Assembly: GCA_009937555.1 (NCBI GenBank)
Contig: JAACFD010000010.1
Coordinates: 1-20,858, forward strand
DNA: 20,858 nucleotides
Origin: Chlamydiales bacterium
GTDB lineage: Bacteria > Chlamydiota > Chlamydiia > Chlamydiales > JAACFD01
Direction of reading: 5' to 3'
Positions 1-7,848 of the stretch are shown piece after piece. Positions within the stretch are counted from its first letter, which is position 1; the number at the start of each line of letters is the position of its first letter. The notes beneath the pieces are model-generated. The model searched no databases and was not told the origin of the DNA. It worked only from the letters and a program-made list of their open reading frames with translations. The position numbers and the translations under genes were made by a program.

Positions 1-117
1 ATGATGATTACAAAAATAGTCAGTCTTTCAAACAAAGGGTTTGACTTGACTGCACGGGCAGATTTAAAGATTTCATCAAACATAACCTCGTACCTCTCAA
101 TAGTTTATGATAGATAA
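1..117 (+). CDS. Possible 3' end of a gene cut by the window edge (frame 1 is open from base 1 to TAA at 115-117, 38 codons: MMITKIVSLSNKGFDLTARADLKISSNITSYLSIVYDR), or a spurious small ORF
   Basis: Open frame from the first base to a stop codon; no recognisable motif; cannot see upstream. Confidence 0.15.
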   Translation: MMITKIVSLSNKGFDLTARADLKISSNITSYLSIVYDR

Positions 118-226
118 AATGCATTAAAATATCAACTAATCCCTCTATATTAATAGAAACTTGAAGTAACAGCCATTCTACGTAAACCACTCTAAAATTT
201 AGAGTTAAGTTTATATCAATTTGCCT

Positions 227-255
227 TAGACAAGTTTTAGTGAATGGCGTAAACT
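227..255 (+). promoter_or_regulatory. Candidate sigma70-like promoter for the GT2 gene (TAGACA -N17- TAAACT), followed by RBS AAGGAAG at 269-275 and ATG at 280
   Basis: Hexamers with 17-nt spacing read directly from the sequence about 25 nt upstream of a strong Shine-Dalgarno; weak match to consensus, so tentative. Confidence 0.2.
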
Positions 256-279
256 AGCTTCTTTTAATAAGGAAGAGTC

Positions 280-1206
280 ATGAGTCAGAAGCCACAAAGT
301 AAAGTAGCACTTATCATTCCCACTCTTAATGGAGGGAGTGACTTTAAACGTTTACTAGAAAGCCTAGAAAAGCAGCTACAGCCTTTAACAAGAAAAATTG
401 TAGTAGATAGCTCATCAGATGACGAAACTCCAATACTGGCTAAGGAAAAAGGTTTTGAGGTTCTTAGTATACAGCGTAAAGATTTCAATCATGGTAAGAC
501 AAGGCAAGAAGCTGTAGAGCATGTTAGTGATTGCGACATTGCTATCTTCCTTACTCAAGATACCTGCTGTTACAACGAAGAGACATTAGCTAAGATAGTT
601 ACAGCTTTTGAAGACCCAGAAGTTGCCATTGCTTATGGACGCCAAGTGCCCTATGATCATCATAACTTACTAGCTCAGCACGCGCGCTTTTTTAACTACC
701 CCGCTAGCAGTCATCAAAGAAGCCTAAAAGATAAAGAGCGCTATGGAATCAAAACAGCTTTTTCCTCAAATGCTTTTGCTGCTTATAGGATACAAAGCCT
801 AATTGACCTTGGAGGCTTCCCATCAAAAATTATCCTAGGCGAAGATGTCTTTGTTGCAGCTAAGGCTCTTTTGAGTGATCAAAAAATAGCTTATGTGTCA
901 GAAGCTTGTGTCGTTCATTCCCACGATTTTTCACTAATTCAAGAGTTTAAATCTTACTTTGATTATGGAGTTTTTCATAAGCAAGAGGATTGGATCATAA
1001 ATAGTTTTGCAGCTGTCAATGCAACAGGTTTCAACTATGCATTTTCTGAGCTCAAGTTTCTAATGAAAAAATCTCCTACACTACTCCCTCTTAGTGTAAT
1101 GAGATCTGCTTGCAAATGGTTGGCTTATAACTTGGGAAAACGTTATTCCCTTTTCTCGAAAGCTACAGTGAAGAAATTAAGTAGACACCCTTCATATTGG
1201 AACTAA
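280..1206 (+). CDS. Family 2 glycosyltransferase (rhamnosyltransferase-like GT-A fold)
   Basis: N-terminal VALIIPTLNGG start typical of GT2 enzymes, DSSSDDE acidic motif after the first beta-strand, FNHGKTRQ and GEDV motifs resembling dTDP-rhamnosyl/GT2 transferases; ATG with AAGGAAG RBS 5 nt upstream. Confidence 0.7.
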   Translation: MSQKPQSKVALIIPTLNGGSDFKRLLESLEKQLQPLTRKIVVDSSSDDETPILAKEKGFEVLSIQRKDFNHGKTRQEAVEHVSDCDIAIFLTQDTCCYNEETLAKIVTAFEDPEVAIAYGRQVPYDHHNLLAQHARFFNYPASSHQRSLKDKERYGIKTAFSSNAFAAYRIQSLIDLGGFPSKIILGEDVFVAAKALLSDQKIAYVSEACVVHSHDFSLIQEFKSYFDYGVFHKQEDWIINSFAAVNATGFNYAFSELKFLMKKSPTLLPLSVMRSACKWLAYNLGKRYSLFSKATVKKLSRHPSYWN

Positions 1207-1938
1207 AGTTAGCTCTTAATATAAAAGCACTTATAACAGAAATAACCTTTTAGAAGAGCTTTTCAGATCTTAGCGCATTTAAATAAGACTTATTATACTG
1301 ATGGTAAATAGAATAAGATTTAACATTAGAACTTTTTAAGCCCTAGATTAGAAAAATTTAAGAGCTTCTACCTATTTTTACATCTTTTTTATCTTTGCAT
1401 TTTAAAAAATCACAATCAATTAAACTGCAACAACTTAATTATAATTAAATTCCCTGCCTCCTTCCAAGATTATCACATTCAGTTAACAGTCAACATTTTA
1501 GCTTGTACTCTAAATAAAGAAAGGAGCTTTATTTTTAGTAAAAAACAAGTGTCATAACCCCTGTGAAAACAGATACTTAAGATATTTTTTCAAAAAAGGT
1601 ATTTTTTTTCTTAAATAAAAATAAATTCTAGATTATAAGCAGATATAAAAAGACCTACTAAGCTTTGATCAGCTCCATTTTAATAAAAGCGGTTAATCCC
1701 ACCTAAACTGCAATAAAGAAGCACAAAGCACAAAAGGCAAATACATAATAATTTAATAATAGTAAGCAGTAATAATAAATAACATAAGTTCCTTGAGAAA
1801 AGTTCTTTTTTACCTTTCTTTTTTTATTCTCCTATAAAGTTCATGGATATCTTACCCGGGGTGACCCGGTTAAGATACCCCTTTCCCAAAAAACTCTTTC
1901 TTTTAGTGATACCTTAGATATAAAAATTAAGATAAAGC

Positions 1939-3171
1939 TTAGACTTTCATATTCTTAGCGATTCTATCTAGAGCTAGAATATATCCTGATAAGCGAAAAC
2001 TGTTCTCTTTTTCCTGGCAATAATCCCAAACGTCATTAGCAGCGCTAAACATTCTCTCTTTGAGCTCTTTAAGCACTTTGCTTTCAGACCATTGCTCATC
2101 CTTTAGATTTTGCAGCCATTCAAAATAGCTGACAGTAACTCCGCCTGCATTAGCTAGAACATCAGGTATAACATGTATCCCTCTTTCATAAAGAATCTTG
2201 TCTCCATCAGAAGTACATGGTCCATTTGCAAGTTCGAGTATAACACGAGCTTTAATCTTATCAGCATTCTCTTCATGAATTACCTGCTCTAGAGCAGCAG
2301 GAACTAATAGATCACAAGGTAGAGTAAGAAAGGTTTGAGGGTCAACCCCTAAGGAGTTAGGAAAACCTGCAACAGAACCCTTTTGCTTTTTGTGCTCAAT
2401 CAAAGCATCTATGTTGAGGCCATCTTCACTGTATATGGCCCCTTTTGTATCAGAAACCCCAAGAACTTTTGCACCTGCATTAGAAATTAAGCTAGCAAAG
2501 ATTCTACCTGCATTACCAAAGCCTTGAATGATGACTCCTGTAGAGCTAAAGTTAAGTTTGATCTTATCTTGCAAAGCTTCTAATACATAAAAGCCTCCTG
2601 ATGCTGTAGCTACATCTCTTCCTCTTGAACCACCTGCTTGTAAGGTTTTTCCTGTTACAACAGCTCGATCATTTAGTTCGCTAGCTATCCAGTCCATATT
2701 TTTGGAGGAGGTATTTACATCAGGAGCAGGGATGTCCACTTGAGAACCTATAATCCCTCTCATTTTCTTTGCCCACCCCCGAGTAAGAGCTTCTACTTCT
2801 CTCTCAGATAAAGCTTTAGGGTCCACACAGATTCCTCCCTTTCCTCCACCAAGTGGCAAGTCTAAAAGAGAGCACTTAATGGTCATCCATAGAGCTAGGG
2901 CCTTTACTTCTTCCATATCTGTTTCTTGGTGGAAGCGAATCCCACCTTTATAAGGACCAAGTGTATTATTGTGCTGAACCCTGTAACCTTTAAAAACTTT
3001 AACCTTACCATCATCCATTAGTACTGGTATTGAAACTTCAATTGTTCGTTGTGGAGACCCTAGAATGTCTAAATACCCTGGTTGCAAAGCTGATTGCCCA
3101 GCCGCACTGCCTAAAAATTTTAGCGCATCTAAAAATGGGGATTTTTTTTCCTTTTTCTTAAGCAAAGACAT
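1939..3171 (-). CDS. gdhA: Glutamate dehydrogenase (Glu/Leu/Phe/Val dehydrogenase family, GdhA-like)
   Basis: Catalytic-lysine motif region KGGIRFH, LPLGGGKGG, QGFGNAG Rossmann dinucleotide motif, overall about 410 aa GDH architecture. The ORF-track start at 3246 is a TTG maximal extension; ATG at 3171 (MSLLKKKEKK...) is preceded by GGAG at about -10 and gives a typical GDH length. An alternative ATG lies at 3186. Confidence 0.9.
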   Translation of the reverse strand: MSLLKKKEKKSPFLDALKFLGSAAGQSALQPGYLDILGSPQRTIEVSIPVLMDDGKVKVFKGYRVQHNNTLGPYKGGIRFHQETDMEEVKALALWMTIKCSLLDLPLGGGKGGICVDPKALSEREVEALTRGWAKKMRGIIGSQVDIPAPDVNTSSKNMDWIASELNDRAVVTGKTLQAGGSRGRDVATASGGFYVLEALQDKIKLNFSSTGVIIQGFGNAGRIFASLISNAGAKVLGVSDTKGAIYSEDGLNIDALIEHKKQKGSVAGFPNSLGVDPQTFLTLPCDLLVPAALEQVIHEENADKIKARVILELANGPCTSDGDKILYERGIHVIPDVLANAGGVTVSYFEWLQNLKDEQWSESKVLKELKERMFSAANDVWDYCQEKENSFRLSGYILALDRIAKNMKV

Positions 3172-3293
3172 TGTTAATATCTCCATCGAGTTATGTTGTT
3201 TTAAAGCTACGGTAATTAAAGACTGTATGACGGTTATACTAGGCAAAACAACATTAAATCCCTAGAAAAATTCACAATAAAATAACTTTTATA

Positions 3294-4025
3294 ATGGATA
3301 ATTTACTCGAAAAAATAGAAGCATCATCGCAGCAAGAAAAGGGCTCTTTTAAAGTCTCTAAATGGCTAAGTTTAGGAGTCTTTCTTAGTCCTTCAACCTT
3401 TGCAAAGTTATGGGATGAGCTTAGCCCTTTTTACTTAGTACACTCAGATAGGGTGCTACAAGAAAACTTTTTTAGCTCAAAAGAGAGCTTCATTAAGCAT
3501 TATAGCCTATACTTCAATAGCTTAAAAAGTGGCGAGCTTCCAAATGAAAGCTTTTTTAGAAAGTACTTTAGCTTTACCTTAAGCAAGGACTTAGAGCACT
3601 ACTACAAAATGCCCCTTGGAAATGAAAAGTTACTGATTAAAGCTCAAAGGCCCGTGCTACAGTCTCAATTTTTTACCCTGGGGTTTTCATTTGAAGAGCG
3701 CAAGGTTCGCTCAATGGTAATGGGGCAAAACACCCTATTTTGGGGACTACAGCTGTCCTTTCCTCAGCTTTACCAAAACCCTTCCTCTCCGGCGATTGAA
3801 AAGATTACTAGAGGACCAGACTTCCCTAATGCAGAGCTTTTCTATAATATACAGCGCTTTTGTCGCTACCATACTCACCCTGTCTTCTTTTCTTATAAAG
3901 GCGAAAAAATTGTAAGTCCTTTTCGTTTAGATAATGAGAATATGGACTGGATTGACAATCACCCTCAGTTAAGGCAGTTGGAAATTAGCGTTATACCTCC
4001 TAAAAAAAAGAAAGACTTAGCCTAG
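3294..4025 (+). CDS. Hypothetical protein (243 aa, Phe/Ser-rich, Lys-rich C-terminal tail PPKKKKDLA); no recognisable domain
   Basis: Long ORF in an AT-rich genome; ATG overlaps a TATAAT-like hexamer (3290-3295) with no SD, possibly leaderless; ends inside a terminator palindrome. Confidence 0.5.
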   Translation: MDNLLEKIEASSQQEKGSFKVSKWLSLGVFLSPSTFAKLWDELSPFYLVHSDRVLQENFFSSKESFIKHYSLYFNSLKSGELPNESFFRKYFSFTLSKDLEHYYKMPLGNEKLLIKAQRPVLQSQFFTLGFSFEERKVRSMVMGQNTLFWGLQLSFPQLYQNPSSPAIEKITRGPDFPNAELFYNIQRFCRYHTHPVFFSYKGEKIVSPFRLDNENMDWIDNHPQLRQLEISVIPPKKKKDLA

Positions 4026-4045
4026 GCTAAGTCTTTCTTCTCTAT
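4002..4045. terminator. Probable bidirectional intrinsic terminator: 28-bp perfect palindrome GAAAGACTTAGCC-TA-GGCTAAGTCTTTC (4010-4037) preceded by A8 (4002-4009) and followed by TTCTCTATCC
   Basis: Perfect 13-bp arms read directly; the A8 run gives a U8 tail when transcribed from the minus strand (downstream of the convergent 4124..4351 gene), and a pyrimidine/U-rich tract follows on the plus strand. The palindrome overlaps the TAG stop (4023-4025) of the 243-aa gene. Confidence 0.6.
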
Positions 4046-4123
4046 CCTGTGAGACTCAATTGTCTCGGGCTTATTGCGCCCATAAATCACAAAAAAAAAT
4101 AGCTTAACTAATTAAACAGTAAG

Positions 4124-4351
4124 CTATTTCTTATATAACATCAGCAATAGTAGTAGTGCCAGTAGCCCTACAAAGCCGTGTGTTCCAAATTTTCCAACTA
4201 ATGCAATTACATTTTCGACGACACTAACTCCGAAAATGCCTTTACCGTATAATAACTCGACTAGTACGCCGATGGATAGTAAAGAAACAAGTAGGTCTGT
4301 CAAGCCTCCCAGAAAGTCAGCTAACATCCCAAAAATTCCTCTTAATTCCAT
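4124..4351 (-). CDS. Small hydrophobic membrane protein (75 aa, two predicted TM helices, C-terminal LYKK), possibly GlsB/YeaQ/YmgE-like
   Basis: ATG start with GAGAGG SD; Gly/Leu/Val-rich sequence with two hydrophobic stretches; only loose resemblance to the transglycosylase-associated (YeaQ) family. Confidence 0.4.
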   Translation of the reverse strand: MELRGIFGMLADFLGGLTDLLVSLLSIGVLVELLYGKGIFGVSVVENVIALVGKFGTHGFVGLLALLLLLMLYKK

Positions 4352-4375
4352 AAAGTACCTCTCTTTTTTAAAGGT

Positions 4376-4395
4376 CAGCTAGCTAAGGCTAGCTG
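4376..4395. promoter_or_regulatory. 20-bp palindrome CAGCTAGC-TAAG-GCTAGCTG, 25-44 nt upstream of the start of the small membrane protein gene; candidate operator or 5'-UTR hairpin
   Basis: Perfect 8-bp inverted arms around a 4-nt centre, located between the grx2-like stop and the next start; the 12-mer CTTAGCTAGCTG recurs at 5432-5443. Confidence 0.3.
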
Positions 4396-4558
4396 GTTTA
4401 CTCCTAAGTATTTACTTTACTTAAAGATGCTTCAAAAAAAAGATCAACTTGAGCTTTATTGCATCTTAATTAGGAGTTGGGAACCAATTTCTTTTCCCTC
4501 ACCTTAATTATGACACGAAAAATGGGGTGCTGTCAAGATATTTTTTGATTGCTAATAC

Positions 4559-5284
4559 TTATAGCTCTACAAAACTCTCATTCTTAGAAGCTATGATGTG
4601 CCGATGAACCCTTTGATACCAGAGATAAATCTTCTCGTTAGATTTAACTAACTCAAAAGCTGGTAGATTTTCTACACTTTTCAAAATGCCATAGTTAGCT
4701 AAATCTGCAGCACTAATACGCTCTACCCCAAGGAAGCCATCATTAGATATTTCACGTGCTAGAAATGCAAGTGTGGTTTTGAAGTACTCTTCTGCATTTT
4801 CAACACCTAGCTTACGTTTAAGCTTTTTAGCTACCATTGTCATGACAAAGCCGCCTACAAACTTAATCCAAAACTGTGTAAAAACCCCAAATTTACCTAC
4901 TTTTGTTATGTAATCAAAAGCTTTGAGCGAAGAAGAAAAATTTTGGTAGATAACTGGTGGTAAGGATTTTGCTAGTACGTCATTACTCCAGCTTAAGAAA
5001 AAGTCTTCTTTATCCTTAAGCTCTTCAGAGGTTTCAAAAACAGCTTTTTCTGGGTATAGTTTTTCAATGTGTCTCATGATCACATTGGAGTCATTTACTT
5101 GCTTTCCAGAAGCATCTACAAAAATAGGAACCTTCTTATAGTTTTTAGAAAAAGCAATCTCTTTTTTGCTTAAAGGGTTTACTTCCACTACTCTGTAGTC
5201 TATTCCCTTGTAGTCTAAAATAGCTTTCACTTTCCAGCAAAAAGGACATGCTTCATATTGATATACTGTAGGATAACTTACCAT
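4559..5284 (-). CDS. Glutaredoxin-2-like protein (GST-fold thiol-disulfide oxidoreductase with N-terminal CPFC active site)
   Basis: N-terminus VYQYEACPFCWKVKAILDYKGIDY matches the thioredoxin-fold CPxC glutaredoxin motif; 241-aa length with a helical C-terminal domain resembles E. coli Grx2 / the GST N-terminal domain family. ATG start with AAGGCAGG upstream. Confidence 0.6.
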   Translation of the reverse strand: MVSYPTVYQYEACPFCWKVKAILDYKGIDYRVVEVNPLSKKEIAFSKNYKKVPIFVDASGKQVNDSNVIMRHIEKLYPEKAVFETSEELKDKEDFFLSWSNDVLAKSLPPVIYQNFSSSLKAFDYITKVGKFGVFTQFWIKFVGGFVMTMVAKKLKRKLGVENAEEYFKTTLAFLAREISNDGFLGVERISAADLANYGILKSVENLPAFELVKSNEKIYLWYQRVHRHIIASKNESFVEL

Positions 5285-5477
5285 CCAGGACCTGCCTTAT
5301 TTTGTTATTATAAGATTATTTAGGCGAAACTAATAAAAATATTATATTAGTTAAAAACGGGATAGTAAATCAAAGCCTTTCTTGTTTCAAGTGCTTTACT
5401 CAAGAAGTATAGAAAAATTAGATTGAACTCACTTAGCTAGCTGCTAAAGAATTTAGCTACTAAGATTAGCTATTTTA

Positions 5478-6691
5478 TCAATAAGATGAAGGACCTTTTC
5501 TTAGGGCTTCACCTGCTAAATGTAAAAGGTGTTCAGCTCCTTTTCGAGCTGGACCAAGATCTTCACTGCCCCTCTTTGCATGACCTTGTAGACTCAGAGC
5601 TGAAGCCCTGGCTTTATTTGCAAAATAAGCTGTTTTTATAAGAGGATCTGAGTCTCCTGAAAAGCTGCTACCACCTGATTGCTCAGCTTCGCTCAGCAGC
5701 TGCTGAGTCTTTCTCTTAACCTCTTCGTCTTTAATTTGAGCCAGTAGTCTTTCAAGCTCCTTTGTATCAGCTGTTAACTTAGCTATTGTAGCTCTATGTT
5801 CTCGCTCTTCTTCTGAAAGAGGAAGCTTTGCTTCCTCTTTACCTTGTGCAGCTGGTGACACTTCCTCTTCTTCTAGAATACCCTCTAACTTCCTCAGCTC
5901 TTCCTGGATCTCATCATCGTCATCACCATCGTTATCTAGATCTGGCCAGCTCGGTATGTCCCCACTATTAATCTCTTCTAACTCTAGACTATCATCATGT
6001 AAGCTAAGAAAATCATCGCTTCTATTTTTTAGTTTTTCCGTTTTTTCGTATAGGCTATCTGTATATTCCTCTCTTAGCCTTGAAAGGCACTCTTGCCCAG
6101 CTCTTATATCGCGATCTAAAGCTTTAAGTTTCTTCTCATAAAACTTCTCCTGCTTAACTAGCCCCTTATACCTGTTTTCTAAAGTATTCATCCTCTCCAT
6201 TCTTCCGCGCTTCTTAGCAGCAGCATGTTGCTTCATAATTTGCCCTTTACGGCTACGAGTCGTTTGAAGCTTTCGAGTAAATTTATTTTTCTCTCTATTT
6301 AATAAGCGTAGACTAGATTTCACTGACTTTGTCTGCACTTTTAAGTTAGTGCGCAATTTTGATATAGTTGAAGTATAAGCCTCTACATTTTTAGAGAGCT
6401 CTTGCACCTTTTTAGATAAATCTTGTGCCCTAAAGTTAATAGGGTTTTGATGACTCTGTTCACTTCCCCTAACTTTGGACAAAAATCTTTGGACAAAAAT
6501 GAAAAACACTTTTTAATGACTGACATGATCATGCCGGGAAGCTTACTGAACCACTTAACTTTTACTGAGCTGCCCCCAATAGTTCCAGAACTTTCCTGCC
6601 TAATAGAAGTATTGCTATTGCTTTGAAAAGATGGCACTTTCCCAAAATCAATGGGCTGAGGGCTATCGCTTGATATTGGTCCATGTGACAA
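5478..6691 (-). pseudogene. Coiled-coil/acidic protein gene apparently disrupted by a 14-bp tandem duplication. Upstream frame is 6383..6691 (102 aa, TTG maximal start; plausible ATG at 6532 or 6526); downstream frame is 5478..6509 (343 aa, only GTG at 6509 then no ATG for 91 codons). Removing one repeat copy yields one continuous ORF of about 399 codons (fewer from the ATG).
   Basis: Direct reading: CTTTGGACAAAAAT occurs twice in tandem (6473-6486, 6487-6500). Frame arithmetic shows a 14-nt deletion joins ...KKCFSFLSK to VRGSEQSHQNPINF.... The C-terminal part is a highly charged coiled coil with a DDDDEIQEEL acidic patch; the N-terminal part is Ser/Thr-rich. Confidence 0.5.
6473..6500. repeat. 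Perfect 2 x 14-bp tandem direct repeat (CTTTGGACAAAAAT)
   Basis: Read directly; unit length not divisible by 3, lies exactly at the junction of two out-of-frame ORFs. Confidence 0.9.
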
Positions 6692-6692
6692 A

Positions 6693-6728
6693 ATAAACCT
6701 CCGCTTTTGCTCTCCCCTAGAGGTTTAT
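6693..6728 (-). promoter_or_regulatory. Hairpin (9-bp stem ATAAACCTC/GAGGTTTAT, 18-nt loop) immediately upstream of the 6691 start, followed on the minus strand by AUUUUGU. It is a possible terminator for the upstream lipase-like gene and/or a structure sequestering a GGAGG Shine-Dalgarno.
   Basis: Inverted repeat read directly; GGAGG (plus-strand CCTCC 6699-6703) lies within one arm. A 40-codon ATG ORF (MDQYQAIALSPLILGK...) in another frame starts 13 nt downstream of the GGAGG. Confidence 0.3.
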
Positions 6729-6835
6729 TATATCATCCTAAAACTTATAAATCACTAACAAGTAAATATTTAAGATAGTTAAACAAGCTCTTATTCTTTC
6801 TTTAACATTTACAAAGGGTAAATAGCGGCATGAAT

Positions 6836-7777
6836 CTAAATAGGCTTAGCGCCTAAGAGTTTTAGATAAGTAGTAATGGAGTGCTGCTCACGCATTTCTT
6901 CATAAAAGTCTAGCTGTCCAGACTCTATCCCCTCTAAAGCTATACCCTGAGAACTTGTCTGCAAGAAGATTGCTTTTTGCTTTTCTTCAAATTTCTCTAA
7001 GACATTCTTTATCCCTAAGCTTAAAACCTCTGGGCAGGAGGGACCAGAAGGGTAGAGCTTTAAAATTTCTGGCAAATTTGACCAACAATAAGGCACTACA
7101 TCTAAAGTGTTGTGCACCCTAAGAGCATAAGGAAATAAGCTATTAAAATAGCTGGAAAAAATAAAGTTCCCGCTTGAGGGAGCCCCAAAACTCATTGGAT
7201 AAACAGTAGTAGAACTACTACCATAATTATCTTCTATTTTATAAAGTAAAATCAGTGCAAGTAGCGTAGCGAGAGTTCCGCCATGGCCATGACCGGTCAA
7301 CCAAAGCTCAGCTTTATAAGCTAAGGCATGGTCATAGACAAAATCTAGTAATGTTTGACCTTGGTGAGAGAGAGCTAAAAGAGAAAGACTTTGTTCTAAA
7401 TCATGCTTAAGCACTTGTGCCCTTTCTACTTTAGGAAAGCTCCAGTCAGCTCTCTCCTGCAGTTTAAAAATATCATACCACTCTTCAATAAAGGTATTGC
7501 TAACTTTTAACTCTCTTCCCTTAACAGCAATAGAGTAGCGGTTTTTTGAAGGATTATAAAAGACACTAACCTTTGAATGCTCATTTTCAATAGGTCCCCA
7601 GACTAATTGCCAAAATGAACGAGTAGCAAGATCTCGCCTTCTAAGGCAGCCTTCCATCCCCTGCTCTGTTTTAAGATTATTAATGGCACAAAGTGTCGCA
7701 CATTGTTGCAGCTGCTCTTCTTTATTTTGGATACTTACAAAAGAGGTTTGGGGTGAAGAATCTAGGGCTTTACTCAT
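6836..7777 (-). CDS. Lipase class 3 (alpha/beta-hydrolase)-like protein with the nucleophile position apparently Gly instead of Ser (GHGHGG)
   Basis: Segments YSIAVKGRELKVSNTFIEEW, WLTGHGHGGTLATLLALIL, MSFGAPSSGNF and RVHNTLDVVPYCWSNLP align with lipase_3 motifs (RGT..nW; GHSLGGAlA; tfGsPrvGn; rvvn.rDiVPrlP); a later HSITTYL matches the catalytic-His H...Y region. Clean ATG start. Confidence 0.6.
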   Translation of the reverse strand: MSKALDSSPQTSFVSIQNKEEQLQQCATLCAINNLKTEQGMEGCLRRRDLATRSFWQLVWGPIENEHSKVSVFYNPSKNRYSIAVKGRELKVSNTFIEEWYDIFKLQERADWSFPKVERAQVLKHDLEQSLSLLALSHQGQTLLDFVYDHALAYKAELWLTGHGHGGTLATLLALILLYKIEDNYGSSSTTVYPMSFGAPSSGNFIFSSYFNSLFPYALRVHNTLDVVPYCWSNLPEILKLYPSGPSCPEVLSLGIKNVLEKFEEKQKAIFLQTSSQGIALEGIESGQLDFYEEMREQHSITTYLKLLGAKPI

Positions 7778-7848
7778 AATTTTCTCATTTTTTTTTGCCA
7801 GTTAGATAACAAAGGCAATAAAAAAAGAAAAGGCTTTATGAAAAAATA

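Noticed and set aside
285-488. 67-aa ORF antisense to the GT2 gene
   Set aside because: Fully embedded in the opposite strand of a gene with clear family motifs; low-complexity translation; typical shadow ORF.
3172-3246. N-terminal extensions in the ORF track (gdhA to 3246, xthA to 10045, YkgJ-like to 8418, 453-aa protein to 16033, coiled-coil N-part to 6691)
   Set aside because: These starts are TTG/GTG maximal extensions. In each case an in-frame ATG with a better Shine-Dalgarno lies shortly downstream and gives family-typical protein lengths, so the extensions are probably not translated. The 6691 TTG remains uncertain.
3065-3265. 66-aa plus-strand ORF overlapping the gdhA 5' region
   Set aside because: Antisense to the gdhA N-terminal coding region and its TTG-extended start; no SD; considered spurious.
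5956-6626. 61-aa and 67-aa plus-strand ORFs inside the coiled-coil gene region
   Set aside because: Antisense shadows of a Glu/Lys-rich coding region, giving Ser/Leu/Phe-rich nonsense peptides.
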